A stretch of DNA of 64,000 bases. It comes from an uncultured Pseudomonadota bacterium (GTDB lineage Bacteria; Pseudomonadota; Gammaproteobacteria; Steroidobacterales; Steroidobacteraceae). A program made the position numbers and the translations under genes. The notes under the pieces are model-generated. The model was given only the letters and a program-made list of their open reading frames with translations, was not told where the DNA came from and made no database searches. Positions 9,043 to 19,286 of this stretch are shown here, one piece after another (within the stretch, counting starts at the first letter, position 1; each line of letters starts with the position of its first letter). The stretch is taken from positions 92,565-156,564 of the forward strand of contig CAWEXF010000013.1 of NCBI GenBank assembly GCA_963812925.1, written 5' to 3'.

Positions 9043-10329
9043 GTGGATCTCATGCTTCATCTGCGCAAGTGCCGCCTCGGCATCGTCGGCCTCGGCTACG
9101 TCGGACTGCCGCTCGCCGTGGAGTTCGGTAAGCATTTCGATACCGTCGGCTTCGACATCAAGCCGCACCGGATCGCGGAGCTCACGAGCGGCCGCGACAG
9201 CACGCTCGAGGTTTCGCGGGCGGAGCTGAAGTCCGCGACGCGGCTCTCTTTCAGCACCGACCTCGACAGCCTGAAGCGCTGCCGCGTGCTCATCGTGACG
9301 GTGCCCACGCCCATCGATGAGTACAAGCGTCCGGATCTCACGCCGCTCATCAAAGCGAGCGAGACGGTCGGCAAGGCCCTGAGCAAAGGGGCGGTGGTGG
9401 TATACGAGTCCACCGTGTATCCGGGCTGCACCGAGGAAGTGTGCGTCCCGATTCTCGAGCGCGAGTCGGGCCTCAGGTTGAACCGGGACTTCTTCGTCGG
9501 CTACAGCCCGGAGCGGATCAACCCCGGAGACAAGGAGCACCGGCTCACCACCATCAAGAAGGTGACGTCGGGCTCGACGCCCGAGGCCGCGGAGTTCATC
9601 GACAAGCTTTACGGCACGATCGTCACCGCGGGCACGCACAAGGCGTCCAGCATCAAGGTGGCCGAGGCCGCGAAGGTCATCGAGAACACGCAGCGCGACG
9701 TCAACATCGCCCTCATCAACGAGCTGGCGCTGATCTTCAACCGCTTGGGGCTGGACACCGAGGAGGTGTTGAGCGCCGCCGGGACCAAGTGGAACTTCCT
9801 GCCCTTCAAGCCCGGCCTGGTCGGCGGCCACTGCATCGGTGTCGACCCCTACTACCTCACCCACAAGGCGCAGTCGATCGGCTATCACCCGGAGATGATC
9901 CTGGCGGGCCGGCGGGTCAACGACAACATGGGCCTGTACGTCGCCGGCGAAATCATCAAGCTGATGACCGAGAAGCGCATTCACGTCAAAGGCGCGCGCA
10001 CGCTGATGCTCGGCATGACCTTCAAGGAGAACTGTCCCGACATCCGCAACTCCAAGGTCATCGACGTGGTGCGGGAGCTGGAGAAGTACGGCGCGGCGGT
10101 CGATGTCTACGACCCCTGGGCCGACGGGCAGGAGTGCCGTCACGAATACGGCGTGCGGCCGATCAAGACGCTGAAGCCGAAGCATTACGATGTGGCGGTG
10201 ATCGCGGTCGCGCACCGGCAGTTCCGCGATATGGGTGCGGAAGGCGTGCGGCGTCTCTGCAGAAAAACCCACGTGCTCTACGACATCAAGCACGTCTTTC
10301 GTGCCGCGGACGTCGACGGCCGGCTGTGA
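9043..10329 (+). CDS. Nucleotide-sugar (UDP-N-acetylhexosamine) 6-dehydrogenase, TviB/WbpO-like
   Basis: 428 aa, [29 protein letters not shown]...GRDSTLEV, with the UDPG/MGDP dehydrogenase layout and catalytic [12 protein letters not shown]. The start is GTG 9043 (abutting the dnaQ stop) or ATG 9052. Confidence 0.85.
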   Translation: MDLMLHLRKCRLGIVGLGYVGLPLAVEFGKHFDTVGFDIKPHRIAELTSGRDSTLEVSRAELKSATRLSFSTDLDSLKRCRVLIVTVPTPIDEYKRPDLTPLIKASETVGKALSKGAVVVYESTVYPGCTEEVCVPILERESGLRLNRDFFVGYSPERINPGDKEHRLTTIKKVTSGSTPEAAEFIDKLYGTIVTAGTHKASSIKVAEAAKVIENTQRDVNIALINELALIFNRLGLDTEEVLSAAGTKWNFLPFKPGLVGGHCIGVDPYYLTHKAQSIGYHPEMILAGRRVNDNMGLYVAGEIIKLMTEKRIHVKGARTLMLGMTFKENCPDIRNSKVIDVVRELEKYGAAVDVYDPWADGQECRHEYGVRPIKTLKPKHYDVAVIAVAHRQFRDMGAEGVRRLCRKTHVLYDIKHVFRAADVDGRL

Positions 10330-11345
10330 AGATCCTCCTCACGGGCGCCGCGGGTTTCATCGGCTATCACACCACGCTCAATCTGCTGGCGCGCGGGCAC
10401 GAGATCGTCGGGCTCGACAATCTGAACGACTATTACGACGTCACTCTCAAGGAGGCGCGGCGCGACCGGCTGAGCCGGCAGTCGGGGTTTCGCTTCGTGA
10501 AGCTGGACCTCGCCGATGACGGCGGGATGAAGGATCTGTTCGCGCGGGAGAGATTTGAGCGCGTCGTGCATCTTGCCGCCCAGGCCGGGGTGCGCTATTC
10601 GCTGGAGAATCCGCACAGCTACGTCCGCAGCAACGTCACCGGCACGCTGAACGTGCTCGAGGGCTGCCGCCACAACGGTGTCGAGCACCTGGTATACGCC
10701 TCGACCAGCTCGGTCTACGGCGCCAACACCGACATGCCGTTCTCGCCGCACCGGATCGCGGATCACCCGCTGTCCATCTATGCCGCCACCAAGCGCTCGA
10801 ACGAGCTGATGGCGCATACGTATTCGTCGCTCTTCAATCTGCCCACCACGGGGCTGCGGTTCTTCACCGTCTACGGTCCCTGGGGGCGCCCTGACATGGC
10901 GCTCTTCCTGTTCACGCGCAACATCCTCGAGGGCCGGCCGATCGACGTGTTCAACAACGGACATCATCGGCGCGACTTCACCTACGTGGAAGACATCGCC
11001 GAGGGTGTCGCGCGTGCCTGCGAGCGGGTGGCGCAGCCCTCGCCTGCGTGGGACAGCGCATCACCCGACCCGGCGACCAGCCGCGCGCCCTTCCGCATTT
11101 ACAACATCGGCAATCACCAACCGGTGGAGCTCATGCGCTACATCGAGGTGATCGAGCAGTGCCTGGGCCGGAAAGCCGAGAAGCGCTTCCTGCCGCTGCA
11201 GGCGGGGGATGTGCCGGAAACCTTCGCGGACATCGACGACCTCGTCCAGGACGTCGGCTACCGGCCGGCGACGCCGGTCGAGGTCGGGGTGCGGCGGTTC
11301 GTCGACTGGTTCTGCGAGTATTACGGTTTCAAAAAGTCTCCCTAG
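10326..11345 (+). CDS. NAD-dependent nucleotide-sugar (uronate) 4-epimerase, Cap1J/TviC/WbnF-like SDR
   Basis: [38 protein letters not shown]..., with YAATK catalytic motif. GTG start overlaps the upstream stop (GTGA). The long N-terminal part of track ORF 9441..11345 is a shadow frame. Confidence 0.85.
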   Translation: MKILLTGAAGFIGYHTTLNLLARGHEIVGLDNLNDYYDVTLKEARRDRLSRQSGFRFVKLDLADDGGMKDLFARERFERVVHLAAQAGVRYSLENPHSYVRSNVTGTLNVLEGCRHNGVEHLVYASTSSVYGANTDMPFSPHRIADHPLSIYAATKRSNELMAHTYSSLFNLPTTGLRFFTVYGPWGRPDMALFLFTRNILEGRPIDVFNNGHHRRDFTYVEDIAEGVARACERVAQPSPAWDSASPDPATSRAPFRIYNIGNHQPVELMRYIEVIEQCLGRKAEKRFLPLQAGDVPETFADIDDLVQDVGYRPATPVEVGVRRFVDWFCEYYGFKKSP

Positions 11346-11372
11346 ACCCGGCCGGGTACAATCGGGGTTTCT

Positions 11373-12620
11373 GTGGCCGCAGGTATGCCCGTGACGAAAC
11401 AGCCTCCCCCCGCCGTGAAGGTCCCGCTGCTGGATCTGACGCAGCAGTACGAGAAGATCGCGGCCGAGGTCCAGTCCGCCATTACCCGGGTGTGCCGTAG
11501 CCAGCAGTTCATCCTCGGCGCCGAGGTGCGCGAGCTGGAGCTGAGCCTTGCCCGCTACAGTGGCTGCGCGCACGGAATCGGGGTTTCCTCCGGCACCGAT
11601 GCGTTGCTGCTTGCGCTCATGGCGCTCGGCATCGGACCGGGCGACGAGGTGATCACCTCGCCTTTCACTTTCTTCGCCACCGCCGGAACCATCGCGCGCC
11701 TCGGCGCCCGTCCGCTCTTTTGCGACATCGACCCGCAGGACTTCAACCTCTCGCCCACCCAGGTGGAGGAGCTCATCGCGCGGGAATGCGACGTTCGGGG
11801 CGACGGCGACAACCGGCAGGTGATCCATCGCAAGACCGGCGGGCGTGTGAAGGCGATCATGCCGGTGCACCTCTACGGACAGATGTGTGACATGGACGCC
11901 CTCATGGATATCGCGAGCCGCCTCGGCCTTTCCGTGATCGAGGACGCCGCGCAGGCAATCGGCGCGCAGGACGGCAAGGGGCGGATAGCGGGCGGCATCG
12001 GGCACATCGGCTGTTTCTCCTTCTTTCCCACCAAGAACCTCGGGGCATTCGGCGATGCCGGCTTGTGCACCACGAGCGATCCGGCGCTGGCGGAGCGCAT
12101 GCGGGTGCTGCGAGTGCACGGCGCCGAGCCCAAGTACCACCACAGCCTGATCGGCGGCAATTTCCGGCTGGATGAGATCCAGGCCGCGGTGCTCAACGTG
12201 AAGCTGAAATCTCTGGATGACTGGATGGCGGCCAGGGATGGACATGCCCGCCAGTACACCCAGCGACTGCAGGCACTGAGCCCCGCAGGCGCGGTCGTGA
12301 TGCCGGTCAGAAGCCGAGGCGGACGGCACGTCTGGAATCAGTACGTGATCCGCGTGCGGCGGCGGGACGAGCTGCGGCAGCACCTGGCTGCGGCCGGTGT
12401 CGGAACGGAGATCTACTACCCGATTCCGCTGCACCTGCAGCAGTGCTTCGCCTACCTGGCCTACCGCCCCGGGCAGCTGCCCGAGGCCGAGCGCGCTGCA
12501 CGCGAGGTGCTGGCGCTACCCGTCTTCCCGGAGCTCTTGCCGGCGCAAATCGACCATGTGACCGGTACAATCCAGCGCTTCTACACGGCCGCAGAGGCCC
12601 CATCTCAGCAGTCCGTCTGA
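11373..12620 (+). CDS. DegT/DnrJ/EryC1/StrS-family PLP-dependent sugar aminotransferase (copy 1)
   Basis: VPLLDLTQQYEKI...GVSSGTDALLLALMALGIGPGDEVITSPFTFFATAG...FFPTKNLGAFGDAG. An alternative ATG start lies at 11385. Confidence 0.85.
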   Translation: MAAGMPVTKQPPPAVKVPLLDLTQQYEKIAAEVQSAITRVCRSQQFILGAEVRELELSLARYSGCAHGIGVSSGTDALLLALMALGIGPGDEVITSPFTFFATAGTIARLGARPLFCDIDPQDFNLSPTQVEELIARECDVRGDGDNRQVIHRKTGGRVKAIMPVHLYGQMCDMDALMDIASRLGLSVIEDAAQAIGAQDGKGRIAGGIGHIGCFSFFPTKNLGAFGDAGLCTTSDPALAERMRVLRVHGAEPKYHHSLIGGNFRLDEIQAAVLNVKLKSLDDWMAARDGHARQYTQRLQALSPAGAVVMPVRSRGGRHVWNQYVIRVRRRDELRQHLAAAGVGTEIYYPIPLHLQQCFAYLAYRPGQLPEAERAAREVLALPVFPELLPAQIDHVTGTIQRFYTAAEAPSQQSV

Positions 12621-12630
12621 GGAGCACCCC

Positions 12631-14277
12631 ATGCCGAAGGCCGCAGGTCCCCGTACTCCCGTCTGGCCGGAACTGGCCACTCATGCCACGCGGCTGAGCA
12701 AAGTCGCCACCAGTGAGCTTTTCTCACGCGATCCCGGACGTTTCGAGCGCTTCTCGCGCCGCGGCGCCGGCCTCCTCATGGATTTCTCGCGCCAGCATCT
12801 CGATGAGATGGTGCTCGGGAAGCTGCTCGACCTTGCCGAGGCGGTGGGCCTCAAGGACTACCGCGATGCGATGTGGCGCGGAGAGAAGATCAACTCCACG
12901 GAAGGGCGCGCGGTTCTGCATGTGGCGCTGCGGCAGCCGCCGGGCGCGAACATCGGGGGTGCGGACATCACGCGGGTCGTGATGGCGGAGCGGGAGCATA
13001 TGCTCACCTTCGCAGAAGACGTGCGCGCAGGGCGCATCGCCGGCAGCTCAGGGAAGCCGTTCACGCGGGTGGTGAACATCGGTATCGGCGGCTCCGACCT
13101 CGGGCCCGCGATGGCGGTGCAGGCGCTGCGCCCTTATACCGTGGATGCGCCGAAGTGCGACTTCGTCTCCAACATCGACGGCTGTCACCTCGAGGACATC
13201 CTGCAGAGCGCGGACCCGCGCGCGACCCTCTTCATCGTCTCCTCCAAGACCTTCACGACGCTCGAGACTCTGACCAACGCGCACACGGCGCGGGCATGGG
13301 TGAAGGAGAAGCTGGGCGAGGACGCGGTGCGGGAGCATTTCGCCGCGGTGTCGGTCAACCACCGCGCGATGGATGAGTTCGGCGTGCATCCGCAGTACCG
13401 CTTCACGATGTGGGACTGGGTCGGCGGGCGCTACTCGCTCTGGTCCTCGATCGGCGTGTCGCTCGCGATCGCCATCGGCAAGGAGCAGTTCCTGGCGATG
13501 CTGGCGGGCGGCCATGAGATGGACGAGCACTTCCGCAAGACACCCTGGGCTGACAACCTGCCGGCGCTGCTGGGGCTGCTGGGGGTATGGAACATCAACT
13601 TCGAGGGGCTGCCGACGGTGGCGGTGCTCCCGTATGACGATCGCCTCAAGCGTTTCTCTGCGTACCTGCAGCAGTTGGAGATGGAGAGCAACGGCAAGTC
13701 GGTGACGATCGACGGGCGCCGGGTCGAGTGGCAGACGGCGGCGGTCATCTGGGGCGAGCCCGGCAACAACGCACAGCACTCGTTCTTTCAGCTGCTGCAT
13801 CAGGGCACGCTGCGGGCGGCGCTCGACTTCCTGCTGCCGGCGCGCTCGTCCTGCGGCAATCAGCCGCAGCAGGATCTCGCCATCGCGAGCTGTCTGGCAC
13901 AGGCGGAGGCGCTCATGAACGGGCAGTCGGCGGAGCAGGTGCGCGCCGATCTCACGCAGCAGCAGCTGCCGAAGGAGCGGATCGAGGAGCTCGTGCCCCA
14001 CAAGGTGCATCCCGGCAGCCGGCCGAGCACCCTGGTGGCGTTTCAGCGGTTGGATCCTCAGACCCTGGGCAAGCTCATCGCGCTCTATGAGCACAAGGTG
14101 TTCACGCAAGGAGTGGTCTGGGGGGTGAACTCCTTCGATCAGTGGGGAGTGGAGCTGGGCAAGAAGTTGACCGATAAGCTGGCGCCGGCGGTGCGCGACC
14201 CGAGTGGCGGGCATGCCGTGTCGCCGGGGGTGGGCAAGGTCATTGCGCAGTTGACGGAGTGGAAGCAGGGGGACTGA
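12631..14277 (+). CDS. pgi: Glucose-6-phosphate isomerase
   Basis: 548 aa with GIGGSDLGP, SKTFTTLET, LQQLEMESNGK and GEPGNNAQHSFFQLLHQG motifs. Confidence 0.95.
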   Translation: MPKAAGPRTPVWPELATHATRLSKVATSELFSRDPGRFERFSRRGAGLLMDFSRQHLDEMVLGKLLDLAEAVGLKDYRDAMWRGEKINSTEGRAVLHVALRQPPGANIGGADITRVVMAEREHMLTFAEDVRAGRIAGSSGKPFTRVVNIGIGGSDLGPAMAVQALRPYTVDAPKCDFVSNIDGCHLEDILQSADPRATLFIVSSKTFTTLETLTNAHTARAWVKEKLGEDAVREHFAAVSVNHRAMDEFGVHPQYRFTMWDWVGGRYSLWSSIGVSLAIAIGKEQFLAMLAGGHEMDEHFRKTPWADNLPALLGLLGVWNINFEGLPTVAVLPYDDRLKRFSAYLQQLEMESNGKSVTIDGRRVEWQTAAVIWGEPGNNAQHSFFQLLHQGTLRAALDFLLPARSSCGNQPQQDLAIASCLAQAEALMNGQSAEQVRADLTQQQLPKERIEELVPHKVHPGSRPSTLVAFQRLDPQTLGKLIALYEHKVFTQGVVWGVNSFDQWGVELGKKLTDKLAPAVRDPSGGHAVSPGVGKVIAQLTEWKQGD

Positions 14278-14858
14278 GCGGGGGCCATTTGACAGACATC
14301 GTTCAGCGGGGCCTGCAGGAGCACCTGGCCTTGTTTCAGAGCCTCGCGTCCCTGACGCCGGAGATCGAGCGGGCCGCCAGCCTCTGCTCCGGTGCGCTCG
14401 CCAGCGGGCACAAGCTGATGTTGTGCGGGAATGGCGGCTCCGCAGCGGACAGCCAACACATTGCCGCCGAGATGGCCGGCAGGTTCGTGAAGGATCGCAG
14501 GCCGCTGGCGGCCGTGGCCTTGTCCACCGATACCTCGACCATGACGTGCATCGCCAACGATTACACCTTTGACGAGGTGTTTTCCCGGCAGGTGATGGGG
14601 CTGGGCGTCAGAGGCGACTGCCTGCTCGCCATCTCGACGTCGGGTAACTCGCGGAATGTGATTCGCGCCGCCGAGGCGGCGCGGGCCGCCGCCATAGGTG
14701 TCGTCGGCTTGCTCGGCAAGGGCGGCGGGCCGCTGCGAGAGCTCTGCGACGTCCCGATCGTGGTGCCGAGTCAGATTACCGCCCGCATCCAGGAGGCGCA
14801 CATATTCATCGGCCATACGCTGTGCGCGCTCGTGGAAGAGGCGCTGGGACTCGCATGA
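14259..14858 (+). CDS. gmhA: D-sedoheptulose-7-phosphate isomerase
   Basis: SIS domain, LMLCGNGGSAADSQHIAAEM...ISTSGNSRNVIRA. An in-frame TTG at 14289 (after the pgi stop) is an alternative start. Confidence 0.9.
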   Translation: MEAGGLSGGHLTDIVQRGLQEHLALFQSLASLTPEIERAASLCSGALASGHKLMLCGNGGSAADSQHIAAEMAGRFVKDRRPLAAVALSTDTSTMTCIANDYTFDEVFSRQVMGLGVRGDCLLAISTSGNSRNVIRAAEAARAAAIGVVGLLGKGGGPLRELCDVPIVVPSQITARIQEAHIFIGHTLCALVEEALGLA

Positions 14859-15787
14859 GCGCGGACCTCAAAGCGCGGCTGCGCAAGTCGCGAGTGCTGG
14901 TCGTGGGCGATGCGATGCTGGACCGCTACCTGTTCGGGGAGGTCGAGAGGATCTCCCCGGAGGCGCCGGTGCCGGTCGTGCGTGTCACCAGGGAGGAGCA
15001 TCGGTTGGGTGGCGCCGCGAACGTTGCCCTGAACGTCAAGGCGCTTGGCCCGGGCGTCACCCTGATTACGGTGGTCGGCGAGGATGAGCCGGCGCGCAGG
15101 CTCGAGGGCTTGCTGAAGTCGCAGGCGGTAGAGGTGGTTCTGGGCAGGGACCCACAGCTCTTCACGTGTGTGAAGCTGCGGGTCATCGGCCGGGCGCAGC
15201 AGTTGGTACGGGTCGACTTCGAGAATCAGCCGGATCACGAGGTGCTGGCGGACATGCTGTCCGACTTCGTGCGGGTGCTGCCGCAACAGGAGGCCGTGCT
15301 CTTTTCCGACTACGGCAAGGGAGGGCTGACGCACATTCCGCGCATGATCGAGCTGGCACGGGCGGCCGGCAAGCCGGTGCTGGTGGATCCCAAGGGCGAT
15401 GACTACGGCCGCTATGCGGGCGCGACGGTCATCACACCGAATCGCGCCGAGCTCGCGCAGGTGATCGGCGCCTGGAAGACGGAGGAGCAACTCGAGGAGC
15501 GGACGCAGCGGCTGCGGGAGAGCAATCGGCTGGATGCCGTGCTCATCACGCGCAGTGAAGAGGGAATGTCGCTCTTCGATGCTTCGGGGCATCTGCACGT
15601 GCCTGCCCAGGCCCGAGAGGTGTTCGACGTGACGGGCGCGGGCGATACGGTGATTGCGACGCTGGCCGCCATGCTGGCCTGCGGCATGAGCCTGCGGGAG
15701 GCGATGCCCATCGCCAACCGCGCAGGCGGCATCGTCGTCGGCAAGTTCGGCACGGCAACGGTTAGCTACGAGGAGCTGTTCGGTTGA
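14855..15787 (+). CDS. hldA: D-glycero-beta-D-manno-heptose-7-phosphate kinase (stand-alone RfaE domain I)
   Basis: [42 protein letters not shown]...GGAANVALN...[11 protein letters not shown] (PfkB kinase). ATGA overlap with the gmhA stop. Confidence 0.9.
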   Translation: MSADLKARLRKSRVLVVGDAMLDRYLFGEVERISPEAPVPVVRVTREEHRLGGAANVALNVKALGPGVTLITVVGEDEPARRLEGLLKSQAVEVVLGRDPQLFTCVKLRVIGRAQQLVRVDFENQPDHEVLADMLSDFVRVLPQQEAVLFSDYGKGGLTHIPRMIELARAAGKPVLVDPKGDDYGRYAGATVITPNRAELAQVIGAWKTEEQLEERTQRLRESNRLDAVLITRSEEGMSLFDASGHLHVPAQAREVFDVTGAGDTVIATLAAMLACGMSLREAMPIANRAGGIVVGKFGTATVSYEELFG

Positions 15788-16788
15788 GAGTAGTCGTGAC
15801 CGGCGCCGCCGGTATGATCGGGAGCAATCTGGTGCATGGACTCAACGCGATCGGCATCGACGATGTCATCGCGGTGGATGACCTCACCGAGGGTGCGAAA
15901 TTCCGCAATCTCCTCGGCGCCAGGGTGTGCGATTACTTCGATCGCAACGAGTTCTACGACCGCTTCGCGCTGGGAGAGCTGGGCCATATCGACGCCGTGT
16001 TTCACGAGGGGGCCTGCTCCGATACGATGGAGCACAACGGCCGGTACATGCTGGAAACCAACTATCGGTGCTCGAAGGACCTGCTCGATATCTGCCAGGG
16101 CCGCGGCACGCGGCTGCTCTACGCCTCATCCGGCGCCACCTACGGCGATAGCTCGACGTTCCGTGAAGCGCCGGAGCACGAGCGGCCGCTCAACGTATAC
16201 GGCTACTCGAAGCTCCTCTTCGACAACATCGTGCGCCGCACGCTGCCCACGGCGCGGTTCCAGGTGGCAGGCTTCCGCTACTTCAATGTCTACGGGCCGC
16301 GCGAGCAGCACAAGGGGCGGATGGCGTCAGTAGCCTTTCATCACTTCGGGCAACTGCGCGAGACCGGCAAGGTAAAGCTCTTCGGTGAGTACGGGGGCTA
16401 CGGCCCAGGGCAGCAGACGCGCGACTTCGTGTTCGTCGACGATGTCGTGGCGGTGAATCTGTGGTTTCTCCGGCATCCGGAGCGTAGTGGCATCTTCAAC
16501 GTCGGCACGGGCAAGGCGCAGCCCTTCAACGACGTGGCCCATGCAACGATCAACGCGTCGCGGGCGGCGCGCGGCGAGGCGCCGCTCGGCCTCGAGCAGC
16601 AAGTCTCTCAGGGCTTGATCGAGTACACGCCTTTCCCACCGGCTCTGGTCGGAAAGTATCAATGCCACACCCAGGCGGAGCTGGCTTTGTTGCGCGCATC
16701 CGGCTGCGACGTTCAGTTCGCCGACGTGGCGACGGGCGTGCGGCGATACGCGCAGTGGTTGGCCGCACAGCGGGATCCGGCGGCTTGA
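15784..16788 (+). CDS. hldD: ADP-L-glycero-D-manno-heptose 6-epimerase
   Basis: [20 protein letters not shown]...FHEGACSDT...YGYSKLLFD...[14 protein letters not shown] start overlaps the hldA stop. Confidence 0.9.
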   Translation: MRVVVTGAAGMIGSNLVHGLNAIGIDDVIAVDDLTEGAKFRNLLGARVCDYFDRNEFYDRFALGELGHIDAVFHEGACSDTMEHNGRYMLETNYRCSKDLLDICQGRGTRLLYASSGATYGDSSTFREAPEHERPLNVYGYSKLLFDNIVRRTLPTARFQVAGFRYFNVYGPREQHKGRMASVAFHHFGQLRETGKVKLFGEYGGYGPGQQTRDFVFVDDVVAVNLWFLRHPERSGIFNVGTGKAQPFNDVAHATINASRAARGEAPLGLEQQVSQGLIEYTPFPPALVGKYQCHTQAELALLRASGCDVQFADVATGVRRYAQWLAAQRDPAA

Positions 16789-16797
16789 GCGCAATCG

Positions 16798-17283
16798 ATG
16801 TCGAACATCCCGGCCTCCTTGAGTCGCAAGCTCGTCGCCGCCGCTGAAGTCCGCGGACGGGAGTGGCCGCGCCCGCTGGTGTTCACCAACGGTGTGTTTG
16901 ACGTCCTGCATCATGGTCATGTGGTATATCTGGCAGCCGCACGCGAGCTCGGTGCCGCGTTGCTCGTGGCTGTCAACAGCGACTCGTCGGCGAGTCAGCT
17001 CGGTAAAGGACCGGACCGGCCGCTCAATCGGGAGTCGGACCGGGCGCTCGTGGTCGCGGCGCTCGAGAGCGTTTCCTTCGTCACCACGTTCGATGAGCCG
17101 ACTCCGTGCGAGTTGCTGCAGCGCTGCCGCCCCGACGTGTACGTCAAGGGCGGCGACTACGACATGGAGATACTGGAAGAGACCCGGCTCATGCGCAGTT
17201 GGGGCGGCCGCGCGGTGGCCATTCCCTTCGTCACCGGCTACTCGACCACTGCGCTCGTGCAACGCATTCGCGGCGGCTCATGA
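16798..17283 (+). CDS. hldC: D-glycero-beta-D-manno-heptose-1-phosphate adenylyltransferase (stand-alone RfaE domain II)
   Basis: 161 aa, cytidylyltransferase fold, VFTNGVFDVLHHGHVVYLAAARELGAALLVAVNSD. Confidence 0.9.
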   Translation: MSNIPASLSRKLVAAAEVRGREWPRPLVFTNGVFDVLHHGHVVYLAAARELGAALLVAVNSDSSASQLGKGPDRPLNRESDRALVVAALESVSFVTTFDEPTPCELLQRCRPDVYVKGGDYDMEILEETRLMRSWGGRAVAIPFVTGYSTTALVQRIRGGS

Positions 17284-17840
17284 GCCGCAGGGCGGCGTTC
17301 ATCGACCGCGACGGAGTGCTCAACGAGGAGCGGGCATTCGTCCACCGCAGTGAGGACTTCGCGTTGCTGCCGGGGGCAGTCGCGGCGCTGCGCCTGCTCG
17401 AGGCGGCGGGTTACCTCCTCGTGGTGGTCACCAACCAGTCCGGAATCGCGCGCGGCATCTACCCCGAGGCCGACTATCTGGCCCTCACCGAGCACATGCG
17501 AGCGGAGCTCGCGGCCGCGGGGGTGTCCCTGGATGCGGTCGAGTATTGCCCCCACCTGCCCGACGCGCCGCTGGAGCGTTACCGTCTCGACTGCGACTGC
17601 CGCAAGCCGAAGCCCGGCATGCTGCTGCGGGCCGCCCAGGCGCTCGATATCGAGCCAGGCGCCTCCTTCCTGGTGGGCGACCGGCTATCGGACCTCGAGG
17701 CCGGCCGCGCGGCCGGGATAGGGCGCTGTTTCCTGGTGCGGACAGGCTATGCCCTGTCCGAGGAGGCCGTGGCGCGGGCGGATGCCGTCTACGAAGATCT
17801 GCTCGCCTGCGCCAGGTCCGTCGTGGCAAGCTCTCGCTAA
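17280..17840 (+). CDS. gmhB: D-glycero-D-manno-heptose-1,7-bisphosphate 7-phosphatase
   Basis: [17 protein letters not shown]...[12 protein letters not shown]...CPHLP...[10 protein letters not shown]...[11 protein letters not shown] (HAD-IIIA). ATGA overlap with the hldC stop. Confidence 0.9.
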   Translation: MSRRAAFIDRDGVLNEERAFVHRSEDFALLPGAVAALRLLEAAGYLLVVVTNQSGIARGIYPEADYLALTEHMRAELAAAGVSLDAVEYCPHLPDAPLERYRLDCDCRKPKPGMLLRAAQALDIEPGASFLVGDRLSDLEAGRAAGIGRCFLVRTGYALSEEAVARADAVYEDLLACARSVVASSR

Positions 17841-17863
17841 AGTTTTTCAGAGGAAGCAATGAC

Positions 17864-18736
17864 TTGAAAGGCATCGTTCTCGCCGGCGGAGCGGGCACCC
17901 GGTTGCACCCGGTGACCCTGAGCATCAGCAAGCAGCTCCTGCCGGTCTACGACAAGCCCATGGTCTATTACCCGCTGGCGGCGCTGATGCTGGCGGGAAT
18001 CAGGGACATTCTGCTCATCTCGACCCCGGAGGACCTGCCGCTCTTTCGCCGGCTGCTCGGCGACGGCGCCAAATGGGGGATCTCGCTCTCGTACGCCGAG
18101 CAGCCCAGGCCCGAGGGGCTGGCGCAAGCCTTCATCATCGGCCGCCGCTTCGTCGGCAAGGATCGCGTGGCGCTGGTCCTCGGCGACAACATCTTCTACG
18201 GCCAGGGGCTGCCCGAGCAGTTGGAGGCCGCGGCCCAGCGCGGCGAGGGCGCGACGGTGTTCGCCTATCGGGTGCGGGACCCGGAGCGGTATGGCGTCGT
18301 GCAGTTCGATGAGGCCGGGCAGGCGCTCGACATCGAGGAAAAGCCCGAGAAGCCCAAGTCGCACTTCGCGGTGACCGGCCTCTACTTCTACGACAATCAG
18401 GTGCTCGACATCGCCGCCAACCTGAAGCCCTCCCCGCGCGGGGAGCTCGAGATCACCGACGTCAATCGCGAGTACCTGGCGCGGCGCGCGCTGAGCGTGG
18501 AGCTGTTGGGTCGCGGCGTGGCGTGGCTCGACACGGGTACTCACGAATCGCTGCTGCAGGCTTCGATGTTCATCGAGGCAATCGAGACCCGGCAGGGACT
18601 GAAGGTCTGTTGCCCCGAGGAGATCGCCTACCGCAGGAACTACATTTCCGCCGCGCAGCTCGAATCGCTGGCACGGCCGCTCGCCAAAACGGGGTATGGC
18701 ACCTATCTCCTCGAGATTCTACAGGGGCAGCCCTGA
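17864..18736 (+). CDS. rmlA: Glucose-1-phosphate thymidylyltransferase
   Basis: (TTG)[37 protein letters not shown], preceded by AGGAAG. The upstream part of track ORF 17546..18736 is a shadow extension. Confidence 0.95.
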   Translation: MKGIVLAGGAGTRLHPVTLSISKQLLPVYDKPMVYYPLAALMLAGIRDILLISTPEDLPLFRRLLGDGAKWGISLSYAEQPRPEGLAQAFIIGRRFVGKDRVALVLGDNIFYGQGLPEQLEAAAQRGEGATVFAYRVRDPERYGVVQFDEAGQALDIEEKPEKPKSHFAVTGLYFYDNQVLDIAANLKPSPRGELEITDVNREYLARRALSVELLGRGVAWLDTGTHESLLQASMFIEAIETRQGLKVCCPEEIAYRRNYISAAQLESLARPLAKTGYGTYLLEILQGQP

Positions 18737-18737
18737 C

Positions 18738-19286
18738 ATGGAATTCGTCCCGACCGCCATTCCCGAGGTCGTGCTGATTCGCCCGAAGGTATTCGGCGAT
18801 ACGCGCGGCTACTTCATGGAGTCCTGGGAGGAGCACAAGTTCGCCGCCGCGGGGCTCGACCTGAAGTTCGTTCAGGACAACCACAGTTACTCCGCGCGGC
18901 ACATCCTGCGCGGATTGCACTACCAGATACGGCAGCCGCAGGGAAAGTTGGTGCGTGTCGTTACGGGTAGCGTCTACGACGTGGTGGTGGACATCCGCCG
19001 CAGCTCGCCTGATTTCGGCAAGTGGGTGGGTGTGGAGCTTTCCGCGGAAAATCATCACATGCTGTGGGTGCCCCCTGGCTTCGCGCACGGTTATCTCGTG
19101 CTCAGCGAGTATGCGGATTTCATCTACAAGGTCACTGATTTCTATGCGCCGGCGCACGAGCGCGCGATCCGCTGGAACGATCCCGACATCGGAGTGAAGT
19201 GGCCGCTGCCGGCGGGCACCGAGCCCGTCCTTTCCGGCAAGGATGCCGTGGCCGCCGCACTCAGCGATGCGGAGGTTTATCCTTGA
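18738..19286 (+). CDS. rmlC: dTDP-4-dehydrorhamnose 3,5-epimerase
   Basis: MEFVPTAIPEVVLIRPKVFGDTRGYFMESW...LRGLHYQ...GKLVRV..G.VYDVVVDIR. Confidence 0.95.
   Translation: MEFVPTAIPEVVLIRPKVFGDTRGYFMESWEEHKFAAAGLDLKFVQDNHSYSARHILRGLHYQIRQPQGKLVRVVTGSVYDVVVDIRRSSPDFGKWVGVELSAENHHMLWVPPGFAHGYLVLSEYADFIYKVTDFYAPAHERAIRWNDPDIGVKWPLPAGTEPVLSGKDAVAAALSDAEVYP

Noticed and set aside
7729-10293. 854-aa minus-strand ORF spanning the rnhA, dnaQ and dehydrogenase genes. Similar long antisense ORFs occur at 2303-3850, 13048-14214, 22181-23803, 31319-32476, 44343-45608, 45625-47151, 47175-48350, 56980-59913 and 59914-62229.
   Set aside because: They lie antisense to genes with clear family signatures. Their composition is Arg/Ala/Gly/Pro-rich and low in complexity, which is typical of stop-poor shadow frames in high-G+C DNA. 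No recognisable motifs.
9441-11345. N-terminal extensions of track ORFs (9441-11345, 17546-18736, 26201-27244, 27774-29345, 48924-49694, 51756-52823, 50285-52015, 55050-56867, 56971-57765)
   Set aside because: The extended parts overlap upstream genes in another frame and are Arg/Pro/Gly-rich. Canonical family N-termini begin at internal starts, often with a 4-nt stop/start overlap or an SD sequence, so the shorter gene models were used.
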